The notes: generated by a model from the sequence alone, not told the origin. 64,000 bases of DNA from Anolis carolinensis (GCF_035594765.1 NC_085844.1:195316107-195380106); one strand, 5' to 3'; shown: positions 26,401-36,084, counted from the first letter of the stretch. A program made the numbers and translations.

Positions 26401-29400
26401 TGTTAAACATGCTATGGTCTGCTGCTTAATACATGATATTATGCATTGGGAACTTTTTGCAATTCAGTATAAAATACACTGAAGATACTGGACTCTCTGA
26501 AAAACCCAGCCAAGTATGTTCTGGATGCTGGCCCTTTTAACAAACCTTTTTGTCCCAAGGTTTTGGTGTTTGTGATTATCACATTTTTGCAAGGATTTCC
26601 ATTTCTTTTTCTGCCACCATGTAACCTACCTTCTCTCTTTCAATTTGATACATGGCAGATCCAGAGAAAACACTACACGTTATCAGGAAAATAGTAGAAT
26701 AGCTATGTTTTCCTTTTTTTTCATCTTTTCTATGTCTATTTTTTAGTTCAGCTGAGGACCTGTGGCCAGAATCCTTATTTTATTGAACTGATATTGGATA
26801 CCTAGTAGTTTTAGAATTTTTTTTTATAAATAATAGCAACAGGGTAACATTGACATTTTTCATTTCTGGCCCCCAAAACATAAAAATATTCATTAGAAAT
26901 ATGCATGTTATGGCAGTAGTCTTGTGTTCAATGTCTTGAGGTTATTAGATACTGTCATTTGTTCATGTAGGCATTCAGAATGTAGGCATGGTATGGAAAG
27001 GGCTCTCAACCATGATGCTCGATTTATTTGTTAAATTTGCTAAAATTAATCTAATTAATTTGTGATTGTGAATAGGTCACAGTTGCTGGATATCCTAGAA
27101 TCTATTTTATAGTAGTTTTTTTTAACATGGTAAAGGTGTTTCATGATAATTTCCACATTTTTAGAGGGCTACAGGTCAAGAGTCCTTCTACCCTGTCAAC
27201 CTAAATTTGGACATGTAGTTGCAGCTTCAATTCTGTGATCTCTTCTTGATTCTAAAATGTGTTCAGTATCAAAATAATCTTGGAGTGTCTATTTAGATTC
27301 ACTCTTGGTATCATAGCTCAAAAAGATCTGTCTATCTGTAGTGTGAAGACTGCTTTAGCCTACAGTAAACATGCAGTTACTATATTGTAATTTTGCTGCT
27401 GTGAGTGTGCCTTGGGGAAATGAAGGGAGTTACTCTTACATCTTTCCAAGGAATAGAACATTAGAAACGACTTCCAGTGAAGCTTCCGCAGACCCTTTCT
27501 GAAGAATGGAAAGAATTGAGGGATCACTCCCCAGCTTTCTCTAGCAAATTTGATGGTGTTAGGAGAAAATCCTTAGCTTTCAATGGAGGGGCCCAGCTGA
27601 AAAAAAAAACATTCTGGGATTCAGTAGTGCGTGCTTACATTGTGACAAGGATCATAGGAGGGGAAAGGTCAGCCAGGGTCATGGGAGGGTTGCCTAGCGT
27701 CTGGGAACTCCCACAGTGGTTGCTGTGGGAACATCAAGAGACCTCCAGTGTGCTAACATCCTGTAACGAGATTCAAAAGAGTTCCAGTCTTTGCACATTA
27801 ATGAGTTTTTAACTTGGACTAAATCCTCCTCTCCAGTATCCACTTCCCCAGCATGGATTTTTTTAATGCATAGGAAGAAGGTGCATTTCAGAAGTTAGAA
27901 ATTAGAGACCAAGGCATACACTGTCTCCATTCAGCTGTCCAGGCATGGGGAAGTGAGGAAGAATCATTCAAAATCCAGATGGAATTTTGTTCTTCTCAGA
28001 AATTTAAGATACGAAGTGACATTTCTTGGCTTTATCGAAGCTGGTGTCAAGAACATCTGGTAGAAAGACTTACTCTTCAGGGGCGCTATTACTTTTCTTG
28101 CACTACCTGTCTAATGGTTACAACTTTGACACAAAAGTCCTTTAATCAGTTAAAAGGAGGAGCAGATGGGATTTCTTAAGTTTTACTGTAAAACCTGCAT
28201 TTAAATATTATGTGGAAACTAGATGTTTGTTTTATTCAAAACTGTTACTGTGGTTTTAGGTCCCTCTTAACTAGAAATGTCCAATCAGATCTGTGTCAGC
28301 ATCTTGATCACTTTGTGAACATTTTGTCATTTTTGTTGTAAGTTGTAATAGGTGTAGACTGTATGTTGAAGTTGCATATGAAAACTTAAAATGTGATATG
28401 GTGGCACCATTACTTTATATTAATAATGGTATTACGATATAAGGCAGAGCCTCAATTTTGATTCTGTGAACCTTAGCCTACATTTTCCTGCTATGCAACC
28501 CACTCCCCCTCCCAATTTCATACTCTTGAAAGCATTGGAAAGAAACTGCCTGAAGTAACCAGTTCATATTGAGCCTGGTCCTGGCTGTAAAGTCAGTTGC
28601 TATTGACGAGTTTTTGTTTTTGTTTAAGATTCAGTGGTTGCTGCTTCTATTGGGGCAACTGTGTTAAAGATTATAATCATGAGTTTTGTAAAATTACAAA
28701 ATTATTGAACATAATAGGCAGAAAGGAAGGGTAATTTAAAAACTACATTTATGTCTAATCAGCCTATATGTGTACTGTTGAGTACCAAAGAGGAAATTAT
28801 TGTAAAGTTTTGATGATTGTCTCCAAAGTGGAGCAAGCCAGGAGCAAGCCCAGCTTAGAGGTGTAGGGGAGGAGTAGCAGGAAAGAGATGACTGACATCC
28901 ACATAAAGACCCATCTCACCCATGAGGCAAGCTCAAGGATGTGGCATCATTGTAGGGTGAATGGGTTGCCTTACACCGAGATCTATGCCCTATGGTGCAT
29001 CAAGGTTCTGACAGATGCTATCAATTAAAGCTGTGGCCATGCTTTACTACAATTAATATGCTGATATGTGTTTCTGGTCCATGCGCTTTGAGCCCCTGCT
29101 CCCTTAGGGTCAAACTTGTAAACTCAATATCTCTATCTCTTTTTCTTTTAATTCCTAGAAATTAGCCTTAGGACAAAAGCTCCCATTGGTGGAAACAGAC
29201 AATTCAGCACATGCAAACAAATTACATCCTTTAAATGTTTTGTAAATGTTTCATTTAAATAGTCTACACTCAGTATGTACTGCCTTTCAATTGTGGCTAG
29301 AAGTAAGAGCTTACTGTTAAAATTAGTAAGGGCCAGTCTCAATATAGGTAACACGTTTATAAGATCCATCAGCTTTTATCTCCTTAGCTCATTCATAATC

Positions 29401-29699
29401 GTCATGGCATAAATGACAAAATTAAGCAAAGGTAGGGCTTGCAATATGACGGAAGATATGGACATTTGGGATAATATTGAAAGAAGTTACTTTAATCAGC
29501 TGGTATAAATCACCTCCAGAACAAGTGAAACTTCTAATATAATCATAGAATAATAGAGTTGCCTTTCATGGAACTTAAGCCATTGATTCTTAGTTCTTTA
29601 CTTGGTCTAGGAGTCTTTACTCAGTATTGGTTCTTTACTTAGTATTGGAGTCTTTCCAAATTTTCTTCATGTGAAAAATATGCATTGAAAAATTAATAT

Positions 29700-29879
29700 T
29701 TTTTCTTCGTGTACTCTGTGAATGCACACTAATGGAGAACGCTGCGCCTGCACAGGCTCCAGCGGATACTCTTCCAAGCTAAAGTTTGAAATTTGGCGGT
29801 AACCCCGCCCCTCTCCCCAGAGGGTATAAAGGGCGCCCCCCGCGCTCGCTCTCCAGTTCCTTTTTTTTCCGCCGCAAAG
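29700..29879 (+). repeat. DIRS left ITR
   Basis: Reverse complement of 35291-35463 with a few mismatches and small indels. Confidence 0.95.
29803..29859 (+). promoter_or_regulatory. Putative Pol II promoter in the left ITR (GC box, TATAAA 29825-29830, Inr CCAGTTC with A at 29855)
   Basis: TATA-to-Inr spacing is 30 nt, upstream of the gag ATG at 29903. Confidence 0.65.
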
Positions 29880-29902
29880 CTCACTTCGGACTCTTCGTTC
29901 TT

Positions 29903-31764
29903 ATGTCGACCACGCGTTTTAAGCGGTGCACTCAGTGTGCCGCTAAGATTCCAGATTCCGACGGCCACGCTAAGTGCCTTTTCTGCCTCGGCGAAAGCCA
30001 CGTCGTCGGTACCTGCCGTTTTTGCCTGGCCTTTACAGCTCAGGCCCGAAGAAATAGAGCTGCGAGACTCCGCGCAGCTCTCTACGAAAAAACTCTCGCT
30101 CCTGAGGCTTCTACTTCCACTTCGGCCTCGATGGCGTCCAGGCCTGCTCCGTCGGTATCATCCAAAACCTCGAAAACCTCGAGACCAAAACCGGCCAAAC
30201 CGCCCTGCATGGTGACTACCGCCACGGTTTCCACTCGGTCAAGCAAAATGGGCCCTTCATCGACTTCGAGTTCGGTGGCGTCGGCCATTTCCACTCGATC
30301 CCGCCTGGCTTCGCCGCCATCTTCTTCCGCCATGAAGATTGCCTTCAAGAGGGCTCAGGAGGAATCCAGACGGGCCCAATCTGACTCGGCAGCTGTGTGC
30401 CCGATCCCTCCGACGCCGGGGAAATCGCTGAGGGTCACGTTGAAGCAACCTCCAGCAAAGAAACGAATGATCCAGAGGTCGTCCTCCTCAGCGTCTTCGA
30501 AGAAGGACGTCCCCTCCTCCGTGGCCTCCTCTAGGAGATCCTCTCCTATCCAACCAGCACAACGCCTCCGCTCCTCTTCCTCTCCTCATGGTCAGTCCTC
30601 GGATGCGGACGCTCAAGCCTCCCCCGACCGGTCGGTCAGGACAGTTATTAAGGCTCCCCAGCCAGCACCATCTCGTCTTCCGGCTCGACAAGAACTTTTC
30701 CCCCCGGCTCAAACACCCGAGAGGGGTAGACAAATGACGCGCTTAGCCCGTGCCGCCCAGGCTTCCGCGTCCAAGGGCGTTCGTCCACAGCCGGCTCCCG
30801 CTGCCCTTGAGGTGATACCTTATCAGGACTCTGCGCTTGTGTCTCCTCCCCGGTCCCCTCAAGGGGCCGAGGAGGATGACCCCGATATCGAACACCCCGA
30901 GTCGATCCTCTCCGCCAGCCACCTTGCTGCCTTTTCTTCCATACCTCCTGGACGTAATCCAGGCATCTTGGAAGACTCCATCTTCGATACCTCCAACCTC
31001 TAAGAAAATAGAGGCCTGGTACCGAACCGATGACGAAGCCTTGGAATGGCTCAAGCATCACCCTGACCCAAACTGATTGGGTGGTAAAGGCCTCCCAATC
31101 GTCAGGTTGACAATCCAACTCCCCTGCCGACAGGGAAGGTAAACGATTCGACGCGGTAGGCCGCAAGCTGTACTCCGGCGCTCTCCTCCTTTGCCGCATG
31201 GCGAACTACGGGGCCTGCATGGGCGCTTACCAACAGATCCTCTGGGAAAAAGCCCAACCTTTCTTCGCCAAAATTTCTGACGAAGACCGGTCAGTCCTTT
31301 CGACCCTCCAACAAGAGGCGGACTCCCTCACACACCACCAAATTCAAATGGCTAAACATACCGGCGATACCGCCGGGAAAATGATTGCCCACGCAGTTGC
31401 GATCGGACGGCATGCATGGCTTCGGTCCTCAGGACTCTCTTCCTCCTCTCGACAAGTGATCGAAGACCTTCCTTTCGACACCCAGGGCCTTTTCAATTCT
31501 GGTACTGACGACAAACTGAAGTCCAATCACGACTTCAAGATTCTCGCAACAAAGTGCGGGACCGATCAACCTCAGGCCCAGCGGACCCGATGGTTCCCGC
31601 AACGGTACCGTCGCTACCCTCAGCCTTTTCGTCACCAGCCGTTTCGACGCTCGTCGAGCTCGAGTCACCACAGTCATCAGCAACAACCTCGCCACCAGCA
31701 CCAGGTTCCGAAAGGTCGGGGCAAGGGTGCTGCAGCTATGCCACAACCCCAACGACGGGCCTGA
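29903..31764 (+). pseudogene. DIRS ORF1 (gag-like; Cys/His-rich N-terminus, LAP2alpha-like C-terminal region), disrupted
   Basis: ATG at 29903 (MSTTRFKRCTQC...HAKCLFCLGESH...CRFC). Homology continues across three frames: a shift near 30880-30920, TGA at 31074, a +1 G near 31080 and TGA at 31108. It then reads ...PADREGKRFDAVGRKLY...RHAWLRSS...IEDLPFD to the TGA at 31762-31764. Confidence 0.85.
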
Positions 31765-31813
31765 CGCCCACTCTCTCGGGGACTTTTCTACCTTCACTAC
31801 TACTGCCACTGCC

Positions 31814-33721
31814 ATGCCGTTCCTAGGCCCCGACCAGATCCTTCCTCTCTGCTCTTTCCTCGATCGCCTAGCTCCTTTCTACCACGAATGGGAGTCTATA
31901 ACCTCAGATGCCTGGGTTCTTCGCATTGTCAGAGACGGCTATGCCTTGGAATTCGAAACTTTGCCCCCCACGGGTCACATCCTCCACACCGACCCTTCAC
32001 CGGAAATATGTTCCGAGGTCGACTCCCTTCTGGCGAAGGGCGCAATCCAGCCTTCTCCTTCCGAGCAGGACACTCGAGGTTTCTTCTCGAGATACTTTAC
32101 GGTTCCCAAACGGGGCGGAGGTCTTCGGCTTATCCTCGACCTGCGAGCCCTAAACCTCTTCATTCTGCCTTCAAAATTTCGAATGGTCTCGGTGGCCTCC
32201 ATTCTCCCGATGCTCCGACACGGAGACTACTTTGCCTCTATAGACTTGCGCGATGCGTATTTCCACATCTCAGTACGTCGATCTCACAGATGCTTCCTTT
32301 CCTTCAAACTCCTGGGACAGTCTTACCAGTTCACAGTTCTCCCTTTTGGCCTCGTCACGGCCCCAAGGGTCTTTACGAAGGTGGTCGCCGTGGTGGCAGC
32401 GCACCTAAGAAAACAGGGCATAATGGTCTTTCCTTATCTGGACGATTGGATGATTGTCGCGTCCGACCCCTCATCCCTTCAAAACCACGTCTCTCAAGCT
32501 CTTTCTCTTCTACAACGGCTGGGCCTTCAGTTGAATGTCTCAAAGTCCCAACTCCTCCCGGCCACAGAGATCCGCTTCATCGGAGCTCTCTTCAACTCCA
32601 TCGCGGAAACCGCCTCCCTACCGAAGGACAGGTTCCTAGCCCTTCAACAACATCTCTCTCTTCTCCTCCGCAACCGCAGGATCCGAGCCCACTCTGTCCA
32701 GGTTCTTCTGGGTCACATGGCCTCCATGGTCATGGTTACTCCTTTCGCCAGACTACGTCTCAGACCTCTCCAAAGATGGTTTATAGACTCTTTCAAACCC
32801 CATCGGCATCCGAGCTCAATGTTTCTCACGGTACCGAACCAGGTTCGCCTCTCCCTTCGTTGGTGGCAGGACCCAGCGAACGTTTGTGTGGGACTTCCCT
32901 TCCATCCCTCCCTCCCGTCAGTCACGATCACGACCGACGCCTCCAATTTTGCGTGGGGAGCCCACATGTCAAACCTCACCGTCAGGGACCTTTGGTCCAC
33001 CCAAGAAAAGTCTCACCACATAAACTTTCTAGAACTGTTATCAATCTTCAAAGCCCTCCGGGCGTTTGCTCGCTTTCTTCCCCACAAGACTGTTCTGATC
33101 CAAACGGACAACGTAGTAGCTATGTACTACATCAACAAACAAGGGGGTACGGGCTCGAGAAAACTGATGGCTCTCTCGATGGACATTTGGCTATGGTGCA
33201 TAGCGAGACACATAACCCTGTCGGCAGTTCACCTTCCGGGGGCTCAAAACACGCTAGCAGACTCTTTAAGCAGAATAACAACCTCCCCCCACGAGTGGCG
33301 TCTCGATCCCGAAATCCTGAAATCCGTCTTCGACGATTGGGGCTGGCCAGCTCTGGACCTTTTTGCCTCCCCCTCGAACGCTCAACTTCCTCGCTTCAGA
33401 GCGAGACTACCTCCAAAATCGACTCCGGGCTGTCTCGGAGACGCGTTTCTCCTCGACTGGACTCTCGAACCCGTCTATCTTTTTCCTCCCTTCCCTCTCA
33501 TCTCGAGGGTAATAGAGAGACTCTATCTAACGCCGACATCGGCCATCCTGATCGCCCCTGCATGGCCACGCCAGCCGTGGTACCCAACTCTACTCCGGAT
33601 GTGTGCGGATCCTCCCCGCACTCTCCCAACTCTTCCTCATCTACTATCTTCACAGAAGGGACAGGTCCTCCACCCCGACGTCCCGTCCCTACACCTGACT
33701 GCCTGGAGGATACTTCCTTAA
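31814..33721 (+). CDS. DIRS ORF2: reverse transcriptase, RNase H and adenine-methyltransferase-like domain (frame open from 31520; first ATG 31814)
   Basis: RT motifs IDLRDAYFHI, LPFGL..APRVFTK, YLDD. RNase H motifs TTDAS, HINFLEL, TDN, NTLADSLSR. MT-like motifs LDLFAS, DAF..DW, YLFPPFPLI, LIAPAWPRQPWY. Confidence 0.95.
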   Translation: MPFLGPDQILPLCSFLDRLAPFYHEWESITSDAWVLRIVRDGYALEFETLPPTGHILHTDPSPEICSEVDSLLAKGAIQPSPSEQDTRGFFSRYFTVPKRGGGLRLILDLRALNLFILPSKFRMVSVASILPMLRHGDYFASIDLRDAYFHISVRRSHRCFLSFKLLGQSYQFTVLPFGLVTAPRVFTKVVAVVAAHLRKQGIMVFPYLDDWMIVASDPSSLQNHVSQALSLLQRLGLQLNVSKSQLLPATEIRFIGALFNSIAETASLPKDRFLALQQHLSLLLRNRRIRAHSVQVLLGHMASMVMVTPFARLRLRPLQRWFIDSFKPHRHPSSMFLTVPNQVRLSLRWWQDPANVCVGLPFHPSLPSVTITTDASNFAWGAHMSNLTVRDLWSTQEKSHHINFLELLSIFKALRAFARFLPHKTVLIQTDNVVAMYYINKQGGTGSRKLMALSMDIWLWCIARHITLSAVHLPGAQNTLADSLSRITTSPHEWRLDPEILKSVFDDWGWPALDLFASPSNAQLPRFRARLPPKSTPGCLGDAFLLDWTLEPVYLFPPFPLISRVIERLYLTPTSAILIAPAWPRQPWYPTLLRMCADPPRTLPTLPHLLSSQKGQVLHPDVPSLHLTAWRILP

Positions 33722-34740
33722 ATTCTCTCCACCCAGACCTGCAGGCGATCCTTCGTGCCGCCCATAAGCCGGCCACGTCGAAGGCCTATGCTTACAAGCT
33801 TGCAAAATTCCAAACTTTCCTTCGGGACCGACACGTCGATCCCGCCTCTACTTCGATCCCGCTGGTCCTGGACTTCCTACTTTCTCTTGCGGATCGTCAA
33901 CTCTCTTTGGCCTCGATAAAATCCTATCTCGCTGCTCTCTCCTGGCATTTCCAACGTCAGGGACAACCCTCTCTCTTTTCTAACAACCTCATTAAGACCT
34001 TTCTTCGAGGTTACAACAACTTGCACCCTCCAGTTCAACCTCCGACTCCCGGATGGAGCCTCGAACTCGTCCTTTCTCAACTAGCTTCAGCTCCCTTTGA
34101 ACCTATGGCCTCTGCAGACCTTCACCTTCTCTCTTGGAAGACTGCCTTCCTAATCACTATCACCTCTGCGCGCAGGCCTTCGGAACTGGCTGCTCTCCGG
34201 GTGGACGAACCCTATCTCCGTTTCCACCACGACAGGGCTGTTCTTCGCCCGGACATCACCTTCCTACCTAAGGTGGTCTCGGCTTTTCACCTTAACCTGG
34301 ATATAATACTCCCTGCTTTTTTTCCTAATCCTTCTTCTTCTTTGGAGCGGAGACTCCATCTCCTGGATGTCAGGAGAGCCCTCCTTTTCTACAAGGACAG
34401 GACTAAGGACATACGTAAGTCACCTAGACTGTTTGTGGCTTATGCTACCCATAAGCTGGGCGAACCACTTTCTTCTCAAAGACTCTCACACTGGATTGCT
34501 CAGACTATCGAACTCGCTTACCAGCTGGCTAAACGCCAACCCCCCTCTTCGATCCGCCCTAGATCAACGAGGGGCCTTTCCACTTCTACTGCCTTCCTGA
34601 GGGGCGTCCCTCTCGACTCCATCTGTCGAGCGGCTATCTGGTCCACTCCATCCACCTTTGTTTCACACTACAGGATGGACTCAAAGAACCTCAAGGACTC
34701 GGCCTTTGCCAGGTCTATCCTTTCCTCCTGCCTTGCCTAA
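31888..34740 (+). CDS. DIRS ORF3: tyrosine recombinase (domain about 33720-34740) with a long N-terminal extension overlapping ORF2; true start uncertain
   Basis: 950-codon ORF. Motifs SARRPSEL, LPKV, LDVRRAL..Y, RSTR and W...STFVSHY are typical of DIRS YR. Confidence 0.92.
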   Translation: MGVYNLRCLGSSHCQRRLCLGIRNFAPHGSHPPHRPFTGNMFRGRLPSGEGRNPAFSFRAGHSRFLLEILYGSQTGRRSSAYPRPASPKPLHSAFKISNGLGGLHSPDAPTRRLLCLYRLARCVFPHLSTSISQMLPFLQTPGTVLPVHSSPFWPRHGPKGLYEGGRRGGSAPKKTGHNGLSLSGRLDDCRVRPLIPSKPRLSSSFSSTTAGPSVECLKVPTPPGHRDPLHRSSLQLHRGNRLPTEGQVPSPSTTSLSSPPQPQDPSPLCPGSSGSHGLHGHGYSFRQTTSQTSPKMVYRLFQTPSASELNVSHGTEPGSPLPSLVAGPSERLCGTSLPSLPPVSHDHDRRLQFCVGSPHVKPHRQGPLVHPRKVSPHKLSRTVINLQSPPGVCSLSSPQDCSDPNGQRSSYVLHQQTRGYGLEKTDGSLDGHLAMVHSETHNPVGSSPSGGSKHASRLFKQNNNLPPRVASRSRNPEIRLRRLGLASSGPFCLPLERSTSSLQSETTSKIDSGLSRRRVSPRLDSRTRLSFSSLPSHLEGNRETLSNADIGHPDRPCMATPAVVPNSTPDVCGSSPHSPNSSSSTIFTEGTGPPPRRPVPTPDCLEDTSLNSLHPDLQAILRAAHKPATSKAYAYKLAKFQTFLRDRHVDPASTSIPLVLDFLLSLADRQLSLASIKSYLAALSWHFQRQGQPSLFSNNLIKTFLRGYNNLHPPVQPPTPGWSLELVLSQLASAPFEPMASADLHLLSWKTAFLITITSARRPSELAALRVDEPYLRFHHDRAVLRPDITFLPKVVSAFHLNLDIILPAFFPNPSSSLERRLHLLDVRRALLFYKDRTKDIRKSPRLFVAYATHKLGEPLSSQRLSHWIAQTIELAYQLAKRQPPSSIRPRSTRGLSTSTAFLRGVPLDSICRAAIWSTPSTFVSHYRMDSKNLKDSAFARSILSSCLA

Positions 34741-35147
34741 CTTTGTTTGCCCTACTCAAAACCAGTTTTTTTTGGTTATCCTTCTTACAAGCTGACCGTT
34801 GTCATTCAGCTTTTATGTACATGATATGTTCATGGGTTCATTAACGTAGTGCTTGTGTACTATACTTACTCACTGCACTGAAATGTATTTCATGAATACC
34901 TCTACCTCTGTTTTCAGGAAATGGGTCTATACTTACCTCTGTATTTTCTTACAGACTATCGCTCACATACAATGTTGTGATTGCGTTCTGGGTCCTAATA
35001 ACAAGGATCGGTTTTTTTTGCACTATATGCTGTTGCATCGTTTTCTTTGTTGCTTTTTTTGCACCTTGTGCTCAATAAATGTGTTGTTTGGACACTAGAC
35101 TGGTTATCGGGTTTGCTATCCCACCTACCTACACCTCAGCTTGCTAG

Positions 35148-35242
35148 TCTCCATTAGTGTTCATTCACAGAGTACACGAAGAAAAAGGACAGGTTGCTTA
35201 CCTGTAACAGTGTTTCTTCGAGTGTACTCTGTGAATTCACAC
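35148..35242. repeat. DIRS internal complementary region (ICR)
   Basis: 35148-35186 is the reverse complement of the left terminus (1 mismatch). 35187-35242 is the reverse complement of the right terminus (1 mismatch). Together they give the circle junction ...aacctgtcc-ttttt-cttcgtg... Confidence 0.95.
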
Positions 35243-35290
35243 AATCCCGCCCTTCCTTCCCCACATGCAAACCTCTCCCTTTCTTGCTGC

Positions 35291-35489
35291 CTTTGCGGCG
35301 TAGGAACTGGAGAGCGGGCGCGGAGGGCCCCCTTTATACCCTCTGGGGAGAGGGGCGGGGTTACCGCCAAATTTCAAACTTTAGCTTGGAAGAGTATCCG
35401 TTGGAGCCTGCGCAGGCGCAGCGTTCTCCATTAGTGTGAATTCACAGAGTACACTCGAAGAAACACGGTTACAGGTAAGCAACCTGTCC
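35291..35489 (-). repeat. DIRS right ITR (35291-35463) plus right extension (35464-35489)
   Basis: Inverted copy of the left ITR followed by cacggttacaggtaagcaacctgtcc, which is absent at the left end but complementary to the ICR. Confidence 0.95.
35304..35360 (-). promoter_or_regulatory. Mirror-image (antisense) promoter in the right ITR
   Basis: TATAAA on the - strand at 35338-35333, Inr A at 35308, GC box retained. Confidence 0.55.
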
Positions 35490-36010
35490 ATCTTTATTTT
35501 CAATTTACATATTCATAAAAAGTGAAAAAAATCTATATACATATTCATAAAAACAGTGAAACAATATGCATGAACCAATACAATACTTCCTAACATCTAT
35601 TATTTGGTTACGCTCAGCCGTCCTCCCCCCCTCCCAATTTAGTGACTTCCGTTCCCTTGGGTTAGAGTCATTCATATATAATTCCATTCTTCTTTCCTCT
35701 TACATTGTTTTTCTATTCTTCCTTCTAGCCTGATATTTGTTTTTTATAAATTCCCAACACAGATTCTAACAGGTTAAATTATGAAGATTTTATGAAAACG
35801 TTTCCTTCTTTCTTTTTTTTTACATAGTTTAGAAATAATTCCCATTCCTTGATAACGTTTTTTGGTGCTTTTCTTTGTTCATTATTGCTAAGTTGTCCAT
35901 TTCTGCTATTTTAAAGACTTTAACCATCAATTCTTCTATTGTTGGGAGGTCTGCCTTCTTCCAGAACCGTGCGTATACTATTCTTGCTACTATGTAATAC
36001 TTTATAGTTC
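35490..36010 (-). mobile_element. L1-like 3' fragment abutting the DIRS right end
   Basis: Minus strand reads IVARIVYARFWKKADLPTIEELMVKVFKIAEMD, then a 3'UTR with AATAAA next to the DIRS junction. Confidence 0.65.
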
Positions 36011-36084
36011 AGTGGTTTTGTTTGGTTATTTGATTTTTTTTTGGGGGGGGGGGAATCTCAAAATATGCTTTTTTACCATTTCTA

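Larger units (their letters stand above)
29700..35489 (+). mobile_element. DIRS1-type tyrosine-recombinase retrotransposon, structurally complete
   Basis: ITRs at 29700-29879 and 35291-35463, right extension to 35489, ICR at 35148-35242. Encodes gag, RT/RH/MT and YR. No clear target-site duplication (TSD). Sharp rise in GC and CpG relative to the flanks. Confidence 0.97.

Noticed and set aside
29729-30001. Twin small ORFs (29729-30001 and 35141-35434) ending FQTLAWKSIRWSL
   Set aside because: By-products of the inverted terminal repeats.
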